A stretch of DNA of 36,628 nucleotides. It comes from a virus. Of this stretch, positions 1-8,013 are shown in pieces. The notes beneath the pieces are model-generated. The model made no database searches, was not told where the DNA came from, and saw only the letters and a program-made list of their open reading frames with translations. The stretch lies in the IMG/VR virus record IMGVR_UViG_3300020050_011359, positions 1 through 36,628 of that record; one strand, 5' to 3'. Numbering within the stretch: the stretch's first letter is position 1; every line of letters starts with the position of its first letter. The translations under genes were made by a program, and so were the position numbers.

Positions 1-121
1 GGCAATGGATACGATGTTCTTGAGCTAGAAGTTGACGTAAATTGATACGTTTTCTTTTGTTGTGGAAAACACCTAGCTTGTCTTAATTCTTCGCATACTT
101 GGATAAGTAAATGTTTTACTT
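1..121. repeat. Terminal direct repeat, left copy (identical to 36508..36628)
   Basis: Read base by base: ggcaatggatacg...aaatgttttactt is present at both window ends, 121/121 nt. It lies inside an open reading frame, so it looks like a circular-assembly overlap or circular permutation rather than a non-coding physical end. Confidence 0.95.
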
Positions 122-227
122 GCAAAGCCCCTGGATCCGTTCCTGATATAAGAGAAAACCCAGACGGTAAAGGCTCGTTTATTCTATATAAAAACCGTTG
201 ACAAATTTCTAAAACTGTTAAGCTCAT
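1..227 (-). CDS. N-terminal 75 codons of a wrap-around virion gene. The gene continues at 36628..35853 (1..121 duplicates 36508..36628); the full product is 293 aa.
   Basis: The frame of track ORF 35853..36512 (TTG start) stays open through the window end, the repeat and 122..227, up to an ATG at 227..225 (MSLTVLEICQRFLYRINEPLPSGF...). The next upstream in-frame stop is at 246..248. The ATG shares one base with the TAA of the 522-aa gene (TAATG). Confidence 0.7.
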   Translation of the reverse strand, partial: MSLTVLEICQRFLYRINEPLPSGFSLISGTDPGALQVKHLLIQVCEELRQARCFPQQKKTYQFTSTSSSRTSYPL

Positions 228-1795
228 TACCTGTTCCCACCTGTATTAAATAGAGTAACAACAGAATATACTTCTGTCCCTAGCGTTTCACTACTATTGG
301 TTGTTCCTTCAAGCCTGTACTGATAATAAACCCCTTCAGCACCAACAGAAAATTTTAATCTATAAAATCCTAACGCGCTTGACGGCATTGTAATGGTTGC
401 TGATTCTGAAATTCTTCTACCAAAATCAGAAACACATTTTACTTGAAATTCAGAGTATTCACTTGATTTTAGTAAAAATTCAAAACCTTCTATTTTTTTA
501 TTAGTAGATCCCTCATTTAAACTTTGATGCGCTCCATGAATTGCATACGGAATACCTTGAGGATTTCCGCTTGCGTCTGTGTCAACGTAAACTGAAGGAA
601 AACCATTAATTTTCATCACCTTATCAGCTGTTGCAAAATATAAATTGCTTTTAAAATATATTAAATTATTAGATCCCTCTGTATTAACGCCAACGGTTAG
701 CCCTGAATCCCAAGACCAAAGCGTCCACCCTTTACTTGTTAAATCGTAAACAAAAAAGGTTGTTATATCAGCATCATGATTGCCGTTAGAATCAATAAAC
801 CCTGGAGCCATTATCACAAGCTTACCTTTTTCTTTCCAATGAACTCCGCTCCATTTTCTGCAAGGAGATGTTGAAAAGTTTGCAGATCCAGAACCTGATG
901 CCAAGTCTGTCCAAAGTGCGTCAATTTGCTCTGATATATTATCAACAAAAGCTGAGTTCTCTCCGTTTATAAAAGAGTTACGAATTGAAACTAATCCTGT
1001 TTTAGTAATAACTAAAATATCATTGTTGTAAGAAATGTTATTTTGATATCCAATAGGAGCGCCAATATCAAAACGCCCTTCAAGCTGCCAAGTTGCACTC
1101 CCTGGATAATCACCTGAGTACACAAGTACCTCACCTGAGATATCTCCAATGGCTAAATATACCTGATTAGAAACACCAACGGATAATGAAAAAACACCCA
1201 TCCATGCGATGCCGCCTTTATTACTGAAAATTGAGGATAGATTTACCTCGGTACATGCTCCAGTTACTCCGCCAACTGTATTTGTATAATAATATTTTGA
1301 ATCAGCTGCTTGACCATAAAATAAGTACGCGCGTGATTTATATCCAATTAAGGATCGCCAAGAAATTGGGGATCCTGAAAGAGTAAAACCGTCAGCAGCC
1401 CATGTGGTCCCATCATACACAACCTCATTGGCTGCTTCTGTTCCAAACCAAAGGCGTTTGTTGTAGTTACTAGAAAAAACCTCATCAGGCGTTGCAGAGT
1501 GCGTATATACATTTGAAGGAATGCTAGTAGTTACATCATATACCCCTTCAACTCCGCCCTGAATCCAAGCATATAAAGCACTATCTGCTGAACCTTTAGT
1601 TGAGTAAGTGCCTAAACTTAAAATGGTCGTCCCTGCTAAATCGGCATGTAATTCAATTGTTTCTCTTAGTTTTAGCTTTCCACCGTCAGTGCCAAAATTT
1701 TGAATCCACGGAGAATAAATCGGATCCATATTAGCAAGTGGAACCTTTAAATTCATTCCACCAACTGGAGGCAATAGAGTTACATTCTGAGTCAT
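227..1795 (-). CDS. Virion structural protein, 522 aa, beta-rich; tentative tail hub/nozzle-type protein
   Basis: Long uninterrupted ORF in the late operon between fiber-like genes and the ejection-protein genes. Composition is Gly/Trp/Tyr/Ser-rich and beta-type. The function is positional inference only. Confidence 0.6.
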   Translation of the reverse strand: MTQNVTLLPPVGGMNLKVPLANMDPIYSPWIQNFGTDGGKLKLRETIELHADLAGTTILSLGTYSTKGSADSALYAWIQGGVEGVYDVTTSIPSNVYTHSATPDEVFSSNYNKRLWFGTEAANEVVYDGTTWAADGFTLSGSPISWRSLIGYKSRAYLFYGQAADSKYYYTNTVGGVTGACTEVNLSSIFSNKGGIAWMGVFSLSVGVSNQVYLAIGDISGEVLVYSGDYPGSATWQLEGRFDIGAPIGYQNNISYNNDILVITKTGLVSIRNSFINGENSAFVDNISEQIDALWTDLASGSGSANFSTSPCRKWSGVHWKEKGKLVIMAPGFIDSNGNHDADITTFFVYDLTSKGWTLWSWDSGLTVGVNTEGSNNLIYFKSNLYFATADKVMKINGFPSVYVDTDASGNPQGIPYAIHGAHQSLNEGSTNKKIEGFEFLLKSSEYSEFQVKCVSDFGRRISESATITMPSSALGFYRLKFSVGAEGVYYQYRLEGTTNSSETLGTEVYSVVTLFNTGGNR

Positions 1796-1846
1796 GATTT
1801 GACCCTTTTTATGAAAGTAACTTCTCCTTTTGCCATAGCATGATTC

Positions 1847-2011
1847 TTATTCTTTAAGTTCTTGTTTTATCTCTTCAGCTTTTAATTTTTCAGCTATTAA
1901 TCTTTTTACTGTTTCTAAATTCATACTTGCAATTTTTAATTCTTGCTCAATATCAAAACCTAAAGCTTTTAACTCTGTAATTGATAAATTTGATATTTCT
2001 CTTTGTTGCAT
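1847..2011 (-). CDS. Small coiled-coil protein, 54 aa (below the ORF-track cutoff)
   Basis: Hand translation gives MQQREISNLSITELKALGFDIEQELKIASMNLETVKRLIAEKLKAEEIKQELKE, then TAA at 1847..1849. The ATG at 2011 is 1 nt after the stop of the upstream gene (2013..2015). It fills an otherwise empty gap in a tightly packed operon. Confidence 0.5.
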   Translation of the reverse strand: MQQREISNLSITELKALGFDIEQELKIASMNLETVKRLIAEKLKAEEIKQELKE

Positions 2012-2012
2012 C

Positions 2013-2570
2013 TTACGCTGCCCCTAATGTTGTAATAGTCCCAGCCGAGCCTCTATATTTAAGTGCTCCTGCTTCTACGTAAATAACTCCACCGCCTGTT
2101 GGATTAGTACTCGGGACTGCCGTTGCGTTAAGAATCCCAAGTACGCCAGAACCAGAACCAGCTAATGCGTTATTAAGAAGTAAACTTCCATCATACGTAA
2201 GCCCCATTCTTAATGTTGCTGTTGCGTTGTTACTTGTATACCAGTAGTGTCCAGAAGAAGTCCCGCCTTGTGATTGGTAAAAAATCTCAGCATTTCCACC
2301 TATCCCAATCGCAGTTTTAAATCCTGCCAAGTTGTAAAATACTAACTTATCACCGTTACTCGTGGCATTTGCGTTCGAAGGTGCTGCATATCCGTTATTA
2401 GTAAAAATAACTGTGCCTTTGTTTGTCCCTGCAGAAGTGGCAGAACTACCAACAACAATATAATCACCAGTTGTTAATGCTCTTTGACCTGCAGGAATGG
2501 CAAGATTATTTCCAAACGCTCCCCTTGAAGTCCCTGCATCGTATGGTGCTGATAGCTGTGAAAATGGCAT
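2013..2570 (-). CDS. Gly/Ala/Thr-rich fiber-like virion protein, 185 aa
   Basis: ORF coupled to the upstream gene by TAATG at 2570. It has low-complexity G/A/T/S/N beta-type composition. The C-terminal ...GALKYRGSAGTITTLGAA resembles fiber/spike tips. Function is tentative. Confidence 0.55.
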   Translation of the reverse strand: MPFSQLSAPYDAGTSRGAFGNNLAIPAGQRALTTGDYIVVGSSATSAGTNKGTVIFTNNGYAAPSNANATSNGDKLVFYNLAGFKTAIGIGGNAEIFYQSQGGTSSGHYWYTSNNATATLRMGLTYDGSLLLNNALAGSGSGVLGILNATAVPSTNPTGGGVIYVEAGALKYRGSAGTITTLGAA

Positions 2571-2884
2571 TAGCTTGTAAATCCCTCAATTATAGTTACC
2601 AATTCAGTAGCTGCCCCTGATGTTTGATAGCATGTAAAAGCTTGTTGACTCACAAACGTATCATTGCTCCACCAAGCTTGCCCTGAACGAATTACAATAC
2701 AAGGTACTGCTGCTGTTGGTGTAATTGATGTCAACACGGCTGCTGCAGGCGAAACCGCAATACTAACCGCTGAGTTATTTTGTATTTCTACTGATACTCT
2801 TGTAGGTTTAGCTTGCAAAATTGTGACGCTTGTTGCGTTTGCAATTGATGGATTTGTAACCCCTGGTTTACCTGCAACAATCAT
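2570..2884 (-). CDS. Small beta-rich virion-module protein, 104 aa (hypothetical)
   Basis: ORF in the late operon. Its stop overlaps the next start by 1 nt. The antisense track ORFs 2423..2620 and 2664..2891 are mirror artefacts. Confidence 0.65.
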   Translation of the reverse strand: MIVAGKPGVTNPSIANATSVTILQAKPTRVSVEIQNNSAVSIAVSPAAAVLTSITPTAAVPCIVIRSGQAWWSNDTFVSQQAFTCYQTSGAATELVTIIEGFTS

Positions 2885-2887
2885 GAC

Positions 2888-3295
2888 TTAAGCCTCTTTA
2901 GCTACAACATAAACACCAAAATCAGTTGATGACAATCTAACTATTAACGCCCCAGCTGCTGCTGCAGTTGTAACCGCTGCGCCATCAGTTCCGCCATTAA
3001 GCTTAATTGTTGCTGTTGGTGGGAAAATATTTAATGCGTTCGCTCCATTATTCTGTACAAAGCCAATCTGACCAATCGGCCAAAGTGGTGGAAGTTTAAC
3101 GCCTGTCGATGCTGCAACAGTTGATAGTACTGAAGTAAAAGCTGTTAACTGTAATGCATCAGTGATTGTTGTCCCTGTTGCCGTTAATCCAGTTGCAACC
3201 GATCTTGTTGGTGCATTTGGAATGCTATCTGTTCCAATTACATTTGCAATTTCGGGGTGCATCCCTAGCCCAACTAATTCTGTAACTTTGCTCAT
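2888..3295 (-). CDS. Hypothetical virion-module protein, 135 aa (Ala/Thr/Gly-rich)
   Basis: ORF packed 3 nt from the downstream gene and 1 nt from the upstream gene in the late operon. Confidence 0.65.
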   Translation of the reverse strand: MSKVTELVGLGMHPEIANVIGTDSIPNAPTRSVATGLTATGTTITDALQLTAFTSVLSTVAASTGVKLPPLWPIGQIGFVQNNGANALNIFPPTATIKLNGGTDGAAVTTAAAAGALIVRLSSTDFGVYVVAKEA

Positions 3296-3296
3296 T

Positions 3297-3632
3297 TTAT
3301 TTACCTTTTATAAAAATTTCTTGTTCTTTTGGCTCGTCATTCTCTTCATCAAAGAAACTTGCTCTTGTTATTTCTGGCGCAATATCTTCTTTGATTTTTT
3401 CTTCTTCTACGTATGGAGGAATTTCTATCTCTTTACTATCTTCAAGTAAAAAAGCTTCATACTCTTTTGGATATGATTTAATAGTTGCTTCATCAACTTC
3501 ACCCTCAAGAATATCTTCTTGAGGCAAATTATTCACAATTCGAAAATTACCAGTTCGAAATTTAAACATATGGATCGTTTTCTCTGAAAGTCCATCTGCT
3601 AAAATTCTTTTTGCTTTATAAAACTCAATCAT
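3297..3632 (-). CDS. Acidic hypothetical protein, 111 aa
   Basis: ORF with a 1-nt start/stop overlap at 3632. The C-terminal half is strongly Glu/Asp-rich. Confidence 0.6.
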   Translation of the reverse strand: MIEFYKAKRILADGLSEKTIHMFKFRTGNFRIVNNLPQEDILEGEVDEATIKSYPKEYEAFLLEDSKEIEIPPYVEEEKIKEDIAPEITRASFFDEENDEPKEQEIFIKGK

Positions 3633-4444
3633 TAGATTTCATCCTCAGTGATAATTTTCTTTACTCTGCCTGGTGCTTTTCTTTTTCCTACTTCAGGATT
3701 AAGCATAAAGCCTTCAAGAGTCATCATTCTTTCTTGCATTTCTTTAATGACATTATCTTTTTGAGCCGCTTCCATCGATAATTGTTTTAATTTCTCAATT
3801 AACTCATTATCTTTTTCTTTTGCTGCTTTTCCGTTTACGTAAAATACTGCTCTTTCAAAAGCGTCTTGAATGTTTTTAGGAAAGTTACCATTCATTACAA
3901 ATGATCTAGGTTTTGCTGCAAATTGCTCAACACTGTGAAGTCCATAACTTGCAAGAGTTGCAACACTTGCGTCATCAAGAACACCCCATTTTGCAATCGG
4001 TAGCCCTGGAGCGTTTAAGCCTTCTTTAAATCTGTCATATGAAGCCTTAAGCATTCCGCCAATGCACTCTCCATAAATTGGGTGAGCATAAGGATCAATT
4101 GCAAAGTTAGGATTAACAGAAGGTGGAACCTCCTTATATCCAATTATTTCAAACTCAAGAAGCTCATGAGGCAATTCTGAAAGTTTTGCAACAAGTTTAT
4201 TTCTTGAGTCAACAGTCCATTCAATCATGTCTGTATTTGTAAATTTCTCATACTTAGCAATCTTAGAGCCATGAAAGTCATACTCTGCAAAAGTAAAAAA
4301 CCTAAAAGGTAAACCGCCTGTATGCTCACCAGATAAATGACTTATTCCTTGCTCTGAGCTTGGGTTAAGTTTTAGATTCCTAGCTTTTATTTGCTCGTAA
4401 GCTACGCCAGGAAGATTAAAGTTATCTAGTATTGAACTATCCAT
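3632..4444 (-). CDS. Hypothetical head-module protein, 270 aa
   Basis: Uninterrupted ORF immediately downstream of the capsid and decoration-like genes. It has a C-terminal Lys/Glu coiled-coil tail. No motif was recognised. Confidence 0.7.
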   Translation of the reverse strand: MDSSILDNFNLPGVAYEQIKARNLKLNPSSEQGISHLSGEHTGGLPFRFFTFAEYDFHGSKIAKYEKFTNTDMIEWTVDSRNKLVAKLSELPHELLEFEIIGYKEVPPSVNPNFAIDPYAHPIYGECIGGMLKASYDRFKEGLNAPGLPIAKWGVLDDASVATLASYGLHSVEQFAAKPRSFVMNGNFPKNIQDAFERAVFYVNGKAAKEKDNELIEKLKQLSMEAAQKDNVIKEMQERMMTLEGFMLNPEVGKRKAPGRVKKIITEDEI

Positions 4445-4469
4445 TTGGTTTACCTTTTAATGTTGTTTA

Positions 4470-4949
4470 TTAAGCGTTTGCAGTTGTTAATAATCCACTT
4501 GCCCATGCTGGTGAATCTGCTGCACCTGTAATAGTAGTAATCAGTTTTAATCCACTTACAAGTGTTGTTGCCGCATCATCTACCACTCCGTTTGTCGCAG
4601 TTGTGTAGATTTTTACGTTTTGTACGCAAGATGCTGCAAATTTACCTGTGTGTGCTCCGTATCCTCTAAAGACCCAACCATAAAGTGAAGATGTAAATCC
4701 TCCTGCTACTTGAACACAACCAACTTGTGCTGGCTCTGTTGAAGGGTTAGTAGTTGTTGTCATAGATGTGATAGTGAAAAGCCCATCAGTTGATATTTTT
4801 ACATATTCATACTGTGCAATTGTTGCTCCGCCTTTTACATACTGCCAAAGTCTTCCTTGTTCGTCGTATTGAAAAGTTCCAACTTTTGGCCCTGCAACTG
4901 CGCTGGTAGTGGTTACTGTAAAATCGTTTGATGTTAATTGTCCGCTCAT
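4470..4949 (-). CDS. Putative head decoration/cement protein, 159 aa
   Basis: Small Thr/Ala/Gly-rich beta-type ORF directly downstream of the major capsid gene, which is the usual slot for decoration proteins. The call rests on position and composition only. Confidence 0.4.
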   Translation of the reverse strand: MSGQLTSNDFTVTTTSAVAGPKVGTFQYDEQGRLWQYVKGGATIAQYEYVKISTDGLFTITSMTTTTNPSTEPAQVGCVQVAGGFTSSLYGWVFRGYGAHTGKFAASCVQNVKIYTTATNGVVDDAATTLVSGLKLITTITGAADSPAWASGLLTTANA

Positions 4950-4962
4950 TTTAAAATCTCCT

Positions 4963-4992
4963 TAAAAGTTATAAAGGGGAATTTCTTCCCCT
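4963..4992 (-). terminator. Hairpin plus U-rich tract just after the capsid gene (likely partial terminator/attenuator)
   Basis: The stem is agggga (4975..4980) paired with tcccct (4987..4992), with a 6-nt loop. On the minus-strand transcript it is followed by uuauaacuuuu. It lies 7 nt past the MCP stop at 4999..5001. Confidence 0.45.
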
Positions 4993-4998
4993 AATTTA

Positions 4999-6009
4999 TT
5001 AATCAAAACCAACCCAGTTAAACTTAGCTAATCCGCCAATAGTTGCTGCTGTCATAGTGAACAACAATCTTGATACTGCTGCTTGGTCTTGTGAATTAAC
5101 AGGCTCGAGCATGTCGAACTCTGCTTTATCGTGAAACACGATATTAACCCCGCCTTCTTCTACACAAAGAATGTAACTTCTTGTTGCAGTTAATGCAGAA
5201 TATCCAGAGTAGTTAATACCACCACCAAGATAAACATCAGCACCGCGATACTTGATTTTTTGAAATCCAGCTTCGCCTGTTCCGGTGTTGTCATTAATTA
5301 TTTGTATTGCTTGAGTTGCTTGAGTTAAGTATTCAAAATGAGTGTTACCTGCATAGATAACTTGTTTCATTCTTTTTCCACCGCGAGTTGTTGCGTTGAT
5401 ACCTTTATCGTAAAATCTCTTGATGTTACCAGGAGAAGTTGCGCCTTCTGACCAATCAGAAGCAGTATCGAATTTTTGATTTCTAAACCATGCAGCGTTT
5501 GCGCTTGATCTATCAATTCCACCGACTGTCCCAGTTGTTGGAGTTGTTGAAACCAATGATGCAAGCCCAATTAATTGCAATCCTGAGTAACCTGTTCCGT
5601 TAGAAAGAAAACCTTCTTGGAATTGGTTCATCATTGTTGCTTCTGCAGCTTTATATTTTGCTCCGATAATATCGAAGTATTGTGTTTGCGCTCCGCCACT
5701 GTTTTTATATCTTTCTGCAAGTGACCAAGTAACCGCACAAAGCATGTATCTCCAGTCAAATACTGCAGAATCAACGACTTTAGTATCATTTATTGACACT
5801 TGTCCTGTTTCTCCAACCCATGTGCTGGTTGAGTTTGGTGCTGTGATTGCTGATTCTACGATTTGAGAACCACCTGCGATTCTTCGAACCCCGCCTGCTG
5901 CTTGCATTAAGTCATAACCTGGAATGTTATCACTTACCGCATCTTTTAATACCTTGCTTCTTGCAAGCCCTGTTACTGTGGCTAATTGCCCTAGTCCTAC
6001 GTCTGCCAT
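4999..6009 (-). CDS. Major capsid protein, 336 aa (HK97-fold type inferred)
   Basis: ORF directly downstream of a charged scaffold-like gene and followed by a hairpin. Size and composition are typical of an MCP, and the GGIDRS...WFRN segment is familiar from phage capsid families. No search was run. Confidence 0.75.
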   Translation of the reverse strand: MADVGLGQLATVTGLARSKVLKDAVSDNIPGYDLMQAAGGVRRIAGGSQIVESAITAPNSTSTWVGETGQVSINDTKVVDSAVFDWRYMLCAVTWSLAERYKNSGGAQTQYFDIIGAKYKAAEATMMNQFQEGFLSNGTGYSGLQLIGLASLVSTTPTTGTVGGIDRSSANAAWFRNQKFDTASDWSEGATSPGNIKRFYDKGINATTRGGKRMKQVIYAGNTHFEYLTQATQAIQIINDNTGTGEAGFQKIKYRGADVYLGGGINYSGYSALTATRSYILCVEEGGVNIVFHDKAEFDMLEPVNSQDQAAVSRLLFTMTAATIGGLAKFNWVGFD

Positions 6010-6015
6010 TTTAAA

Positions 6016-7140
6016 TTACCCTCTGTTTTTTAGCTGTTCATAAGCCCATTTTGCAGTTGCTCTTGGATCGTTAGATCTAAGAGCTTCTGGTGGAGGATTG
6101 AAATTAAGTGCGCCAACTGAGGCTGGTGAACTCTTCCCTCTAACCGTAACTGCAGCTTGAGCCGCTCTTTGTTGAATTTGATTATTATTAGCTGTTAGAG
6201 GTCGAGTTTGTACTGGTGTGCTTTGAGGGATTGAACCTCCCCATAGTGCTTGACGCTTTTCTTCAGTTGCCTGTCTTAAAGCATCGCCCCATGAAAGGCT
6301 GGGATCGGAATCTCTCAAAGAACTAACTCGCGTTTTCAAACTTAAGAGGTAATCTCCGTCCTGCAATTCAGGGTACCTGTAATTGCCAGAGGCTGGATCA
6401 ATCTCTTGCTGTACGCTTCTCATCTGATTAACGATCGGTTCTGCCTCTCGATCAGTTTGAGATTGTTCTATAGTAGAGGTAACAGAATTTAGCTTTTCCT
6501 GTAAAGCTCTAAATTCAGGATGTTGAGCAATATCAAAATTTCCTGTTTGTTGTAAACCTTGAAGCGCTTCTGCTGCAGCTTCTTCTTCAATATGTCCAAG
6601 ATTTACACCAAGTTTTATGTATTCAGCACGAGAAGTTTGAGGATTAGTAAGCTTTTCTTGAGCACGAATAAGTGACTCAAAAACATGCTTTTCTGTAGGA
6701 AAATGCTCGTTTATTAATGGTTTTGCAAGTGAGGTTATTTCTTGTTTCTCTCTTGCTGCCTGTTCAATTGCTCTACTTCCTCCACCTTCGACATCTTTAA
6801 TTGTTCGATTGAACGCTCTTTTTAATCCTGCTGGTAAGTTATTAAAAAGCTTTGCCTCTTGTGGTTTTAATCTAGCAGGTGGGAGTAGCTCAGGATCCTG
6901 CTCTTGCTTTGCTTTCTTTTCAGGCTGAATCTTTTCTTCAGAAGGTTTATCTTCTTTTTGAAGTTTTTCAAATTCTCTCTTTGCTGTTTCTCTAGGGCTT
7001 TCATCTTTATTTGGCGTGTCAATTTCCTCACTCTTTTCAGGAGTGGGTACCTCTAAACTTTCATCTTGTTTAATCTCTGATTCAGTAGTTTCTACTACCT
7101 CGCCCACGTTGTTTTCTGTCTCTGTTGATAAGCTTTCCAT
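6016..7140 (-). CDS. Scaffolding protein, 374 aa
   Basis: Highly charged Glu/Lys/Gln-rich, helix-prone ORF immediately upstream of the MCP. The ATG at 7140 is preceded by agagaggaaagaga (SD-like). Confidence 0.65.
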   Translation of the reverse strand: MESLSTETENNVGEVVETTESEIKQDESLEVPTPEKSEEIDTPNKDESPRETAKREFEKLQKEDKPSEEKIQPEKKAKQEQDPELLPPARLKPQEAKLFNNLPAGLKRAFNRTIKDVEGGGSRAIEQAAREKQEITSLAKPLINEHFPTEKHVFESLIRAQEKLTNPQTSRAEYIKLGVNLGHIEEEAAAEALQGLQQTGNFDIAQHPEFRALQEKLNSVTSTIEQSQTDREAEPIVNQMRSVQQEIDPASGNYRYPELQDGDYLLSLKTRVSSLRDSDPSLSWGDALRQATEEKRQALWGGSIPQSTPVQTRPLTANNNQIQQRAAQAAVTVRGKSSPASVGALNFNPPPEALRSNDPRATAKWAYEQLKNRG

Positions 7141-7523
7141 TCTCTTTCCTCTCTTGCGTTAATTTCCTTTGATTTTTCATCAATAGGGATTCTGTCATAT
7201 TTAATATCGTAATAAGCTTTTTCAGCTGCTTCACGAATTTCTCTCTCATGCTTTTCAGGATCATATCTCTTAAGTGGTTGCTGTAAGTGATCGCCCCCTG
7301 TTACCTCATATCCTGCAGCTTTTAAAGATGCTTTGTATGCTGATTTTGAATGATAGATTTTATCATCAAGCATTGAGTGAATACCGTCTAATGCTTCGTC
7401 TCTGTGAAAGACTGGGGCAACTTCTAACTTTTTAGGCACATCAATTTTTTCAAGTTCGCCTGTTGTAGTATTAAAGCGAAATCTTCCCCTTTCTCCGTCT
7501 GCTTCTTCAAAGCTCATAATCAT
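7095..7523 (-). CDS. Hypothetical head-assembly-module protein, 142 aa
   Basis: ORF between the portal-side genes and the scaffold gene. Its 3' end overlaps the scaffold start by 46 nt. Confidence 0.6.
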   Translation of the reverse strand: MIMSFEEADGERGRFRFNTTTGELEKIDVPKKLEVAPVFHRDEALDGIHSMLDDKIYHSKSAYKASLKAAGYEVTGGDHLQQPLKRYDPEKHEREIREAAEKAYYDIKYDRIPIDEKSKEINAREEREWKAYQQRQKTTWAR

Positions 7524-7743
7524 CCTCCATCATCATGGTTAATAGTATAAGTCTTAACTTATACATATATTCCTCACCGAAAAGTCTTTTCATTTCTGGT
7601 AATTCATCTTTGAAAACTTCTTTTAGAAAATCCTCTGGTTTTTTCTTTCTTAGAGATTTACTTAGATAAACAGTTCTACCACCCCCACCATAATATGCAG
7701 GATTAATTCCATAGTGTGGTTTTAAATAATAAAGTAAAGTCAT
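7507..7743 (-). CDS. Hypothetical protein, 78 aa
   Basis: ORF with a TAATG junction at 7743 to the upstream gene. Confidence 0.55.
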   Translation of the reverse strand: MTLLYYLKPHYGINPAYYGGGGRTVYLSKSLRKKKPEDFLKEVFKDELPEMKRLFGEEYMYKLRLILLTMMMEDDYEL

Positions 7744-8006
7744 TATTCTCTAATAATAATTTTATCTCTTATTGCTTGCTCAAGTAGAACCTTTATAGCT
7801 TCTTTCTGGATAGAGAGCTCTTGATTGAGTCTATCCTCAATTAACAATCCAACAACTTGTTCAACTAAAATTAGCTTAATAAAATCTTCCCTAGACATGG
7901 GGTTTGGAATCCCTCCACCGTCCTCAGTCGGTAGCATACTTTGATAATTAAATTTCTTTGCTAGTTCTGTTACGATGTCATCATCAATATCAATGTTTAT
8001 CTGCAT
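7743..8006 (-). CDS. Hypothetical protein, 87 aa
   Basis: ORF 7 nt downstream of the fiber-like gene, coupled to the next gene at 7743. Confidence 0.55.
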   Translation of the reverse strand: MQINIDIDDDIVTELAKKFNYQSMLPTEDGGGIPNPMSREDFIKLILVEQVVGLLIEDRLNQELSIQKEAIKVLLEQAIRDKIIIRE

Positions 8007-8013
8007 ATTCCCT

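Noticed and set aside
1-121. The 121-bp end duplication as a genuine packaged direct terminal repeat (T7-like DTR).
   Set aside because: The repeat lies entirely inside an open reading frame that continues seamlessly across the junction. True DTRs are normally non-coding. A circular-assembly overlap or circular permutation is the simpler reading, and read-terminus data are needed to be sure.
198-203. TTGACA on the plus strand near the window start as a promoter.
   Set aside because: It lies inside the wrap-around minus-strand CDS with no plus-strand gene downstream. It is a chance hexamer in AT-rich DNA.
7095-7140. The 46-nt overlap between the 142-aa ORF and the scaffold gene as a programmed frameshift site.
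   Set aside because: The scaffold ATG at 7140 has its own SD-like agagaggaaagaga, and no slippery heptamer is evident. Ordinary overlapping genes explain it.
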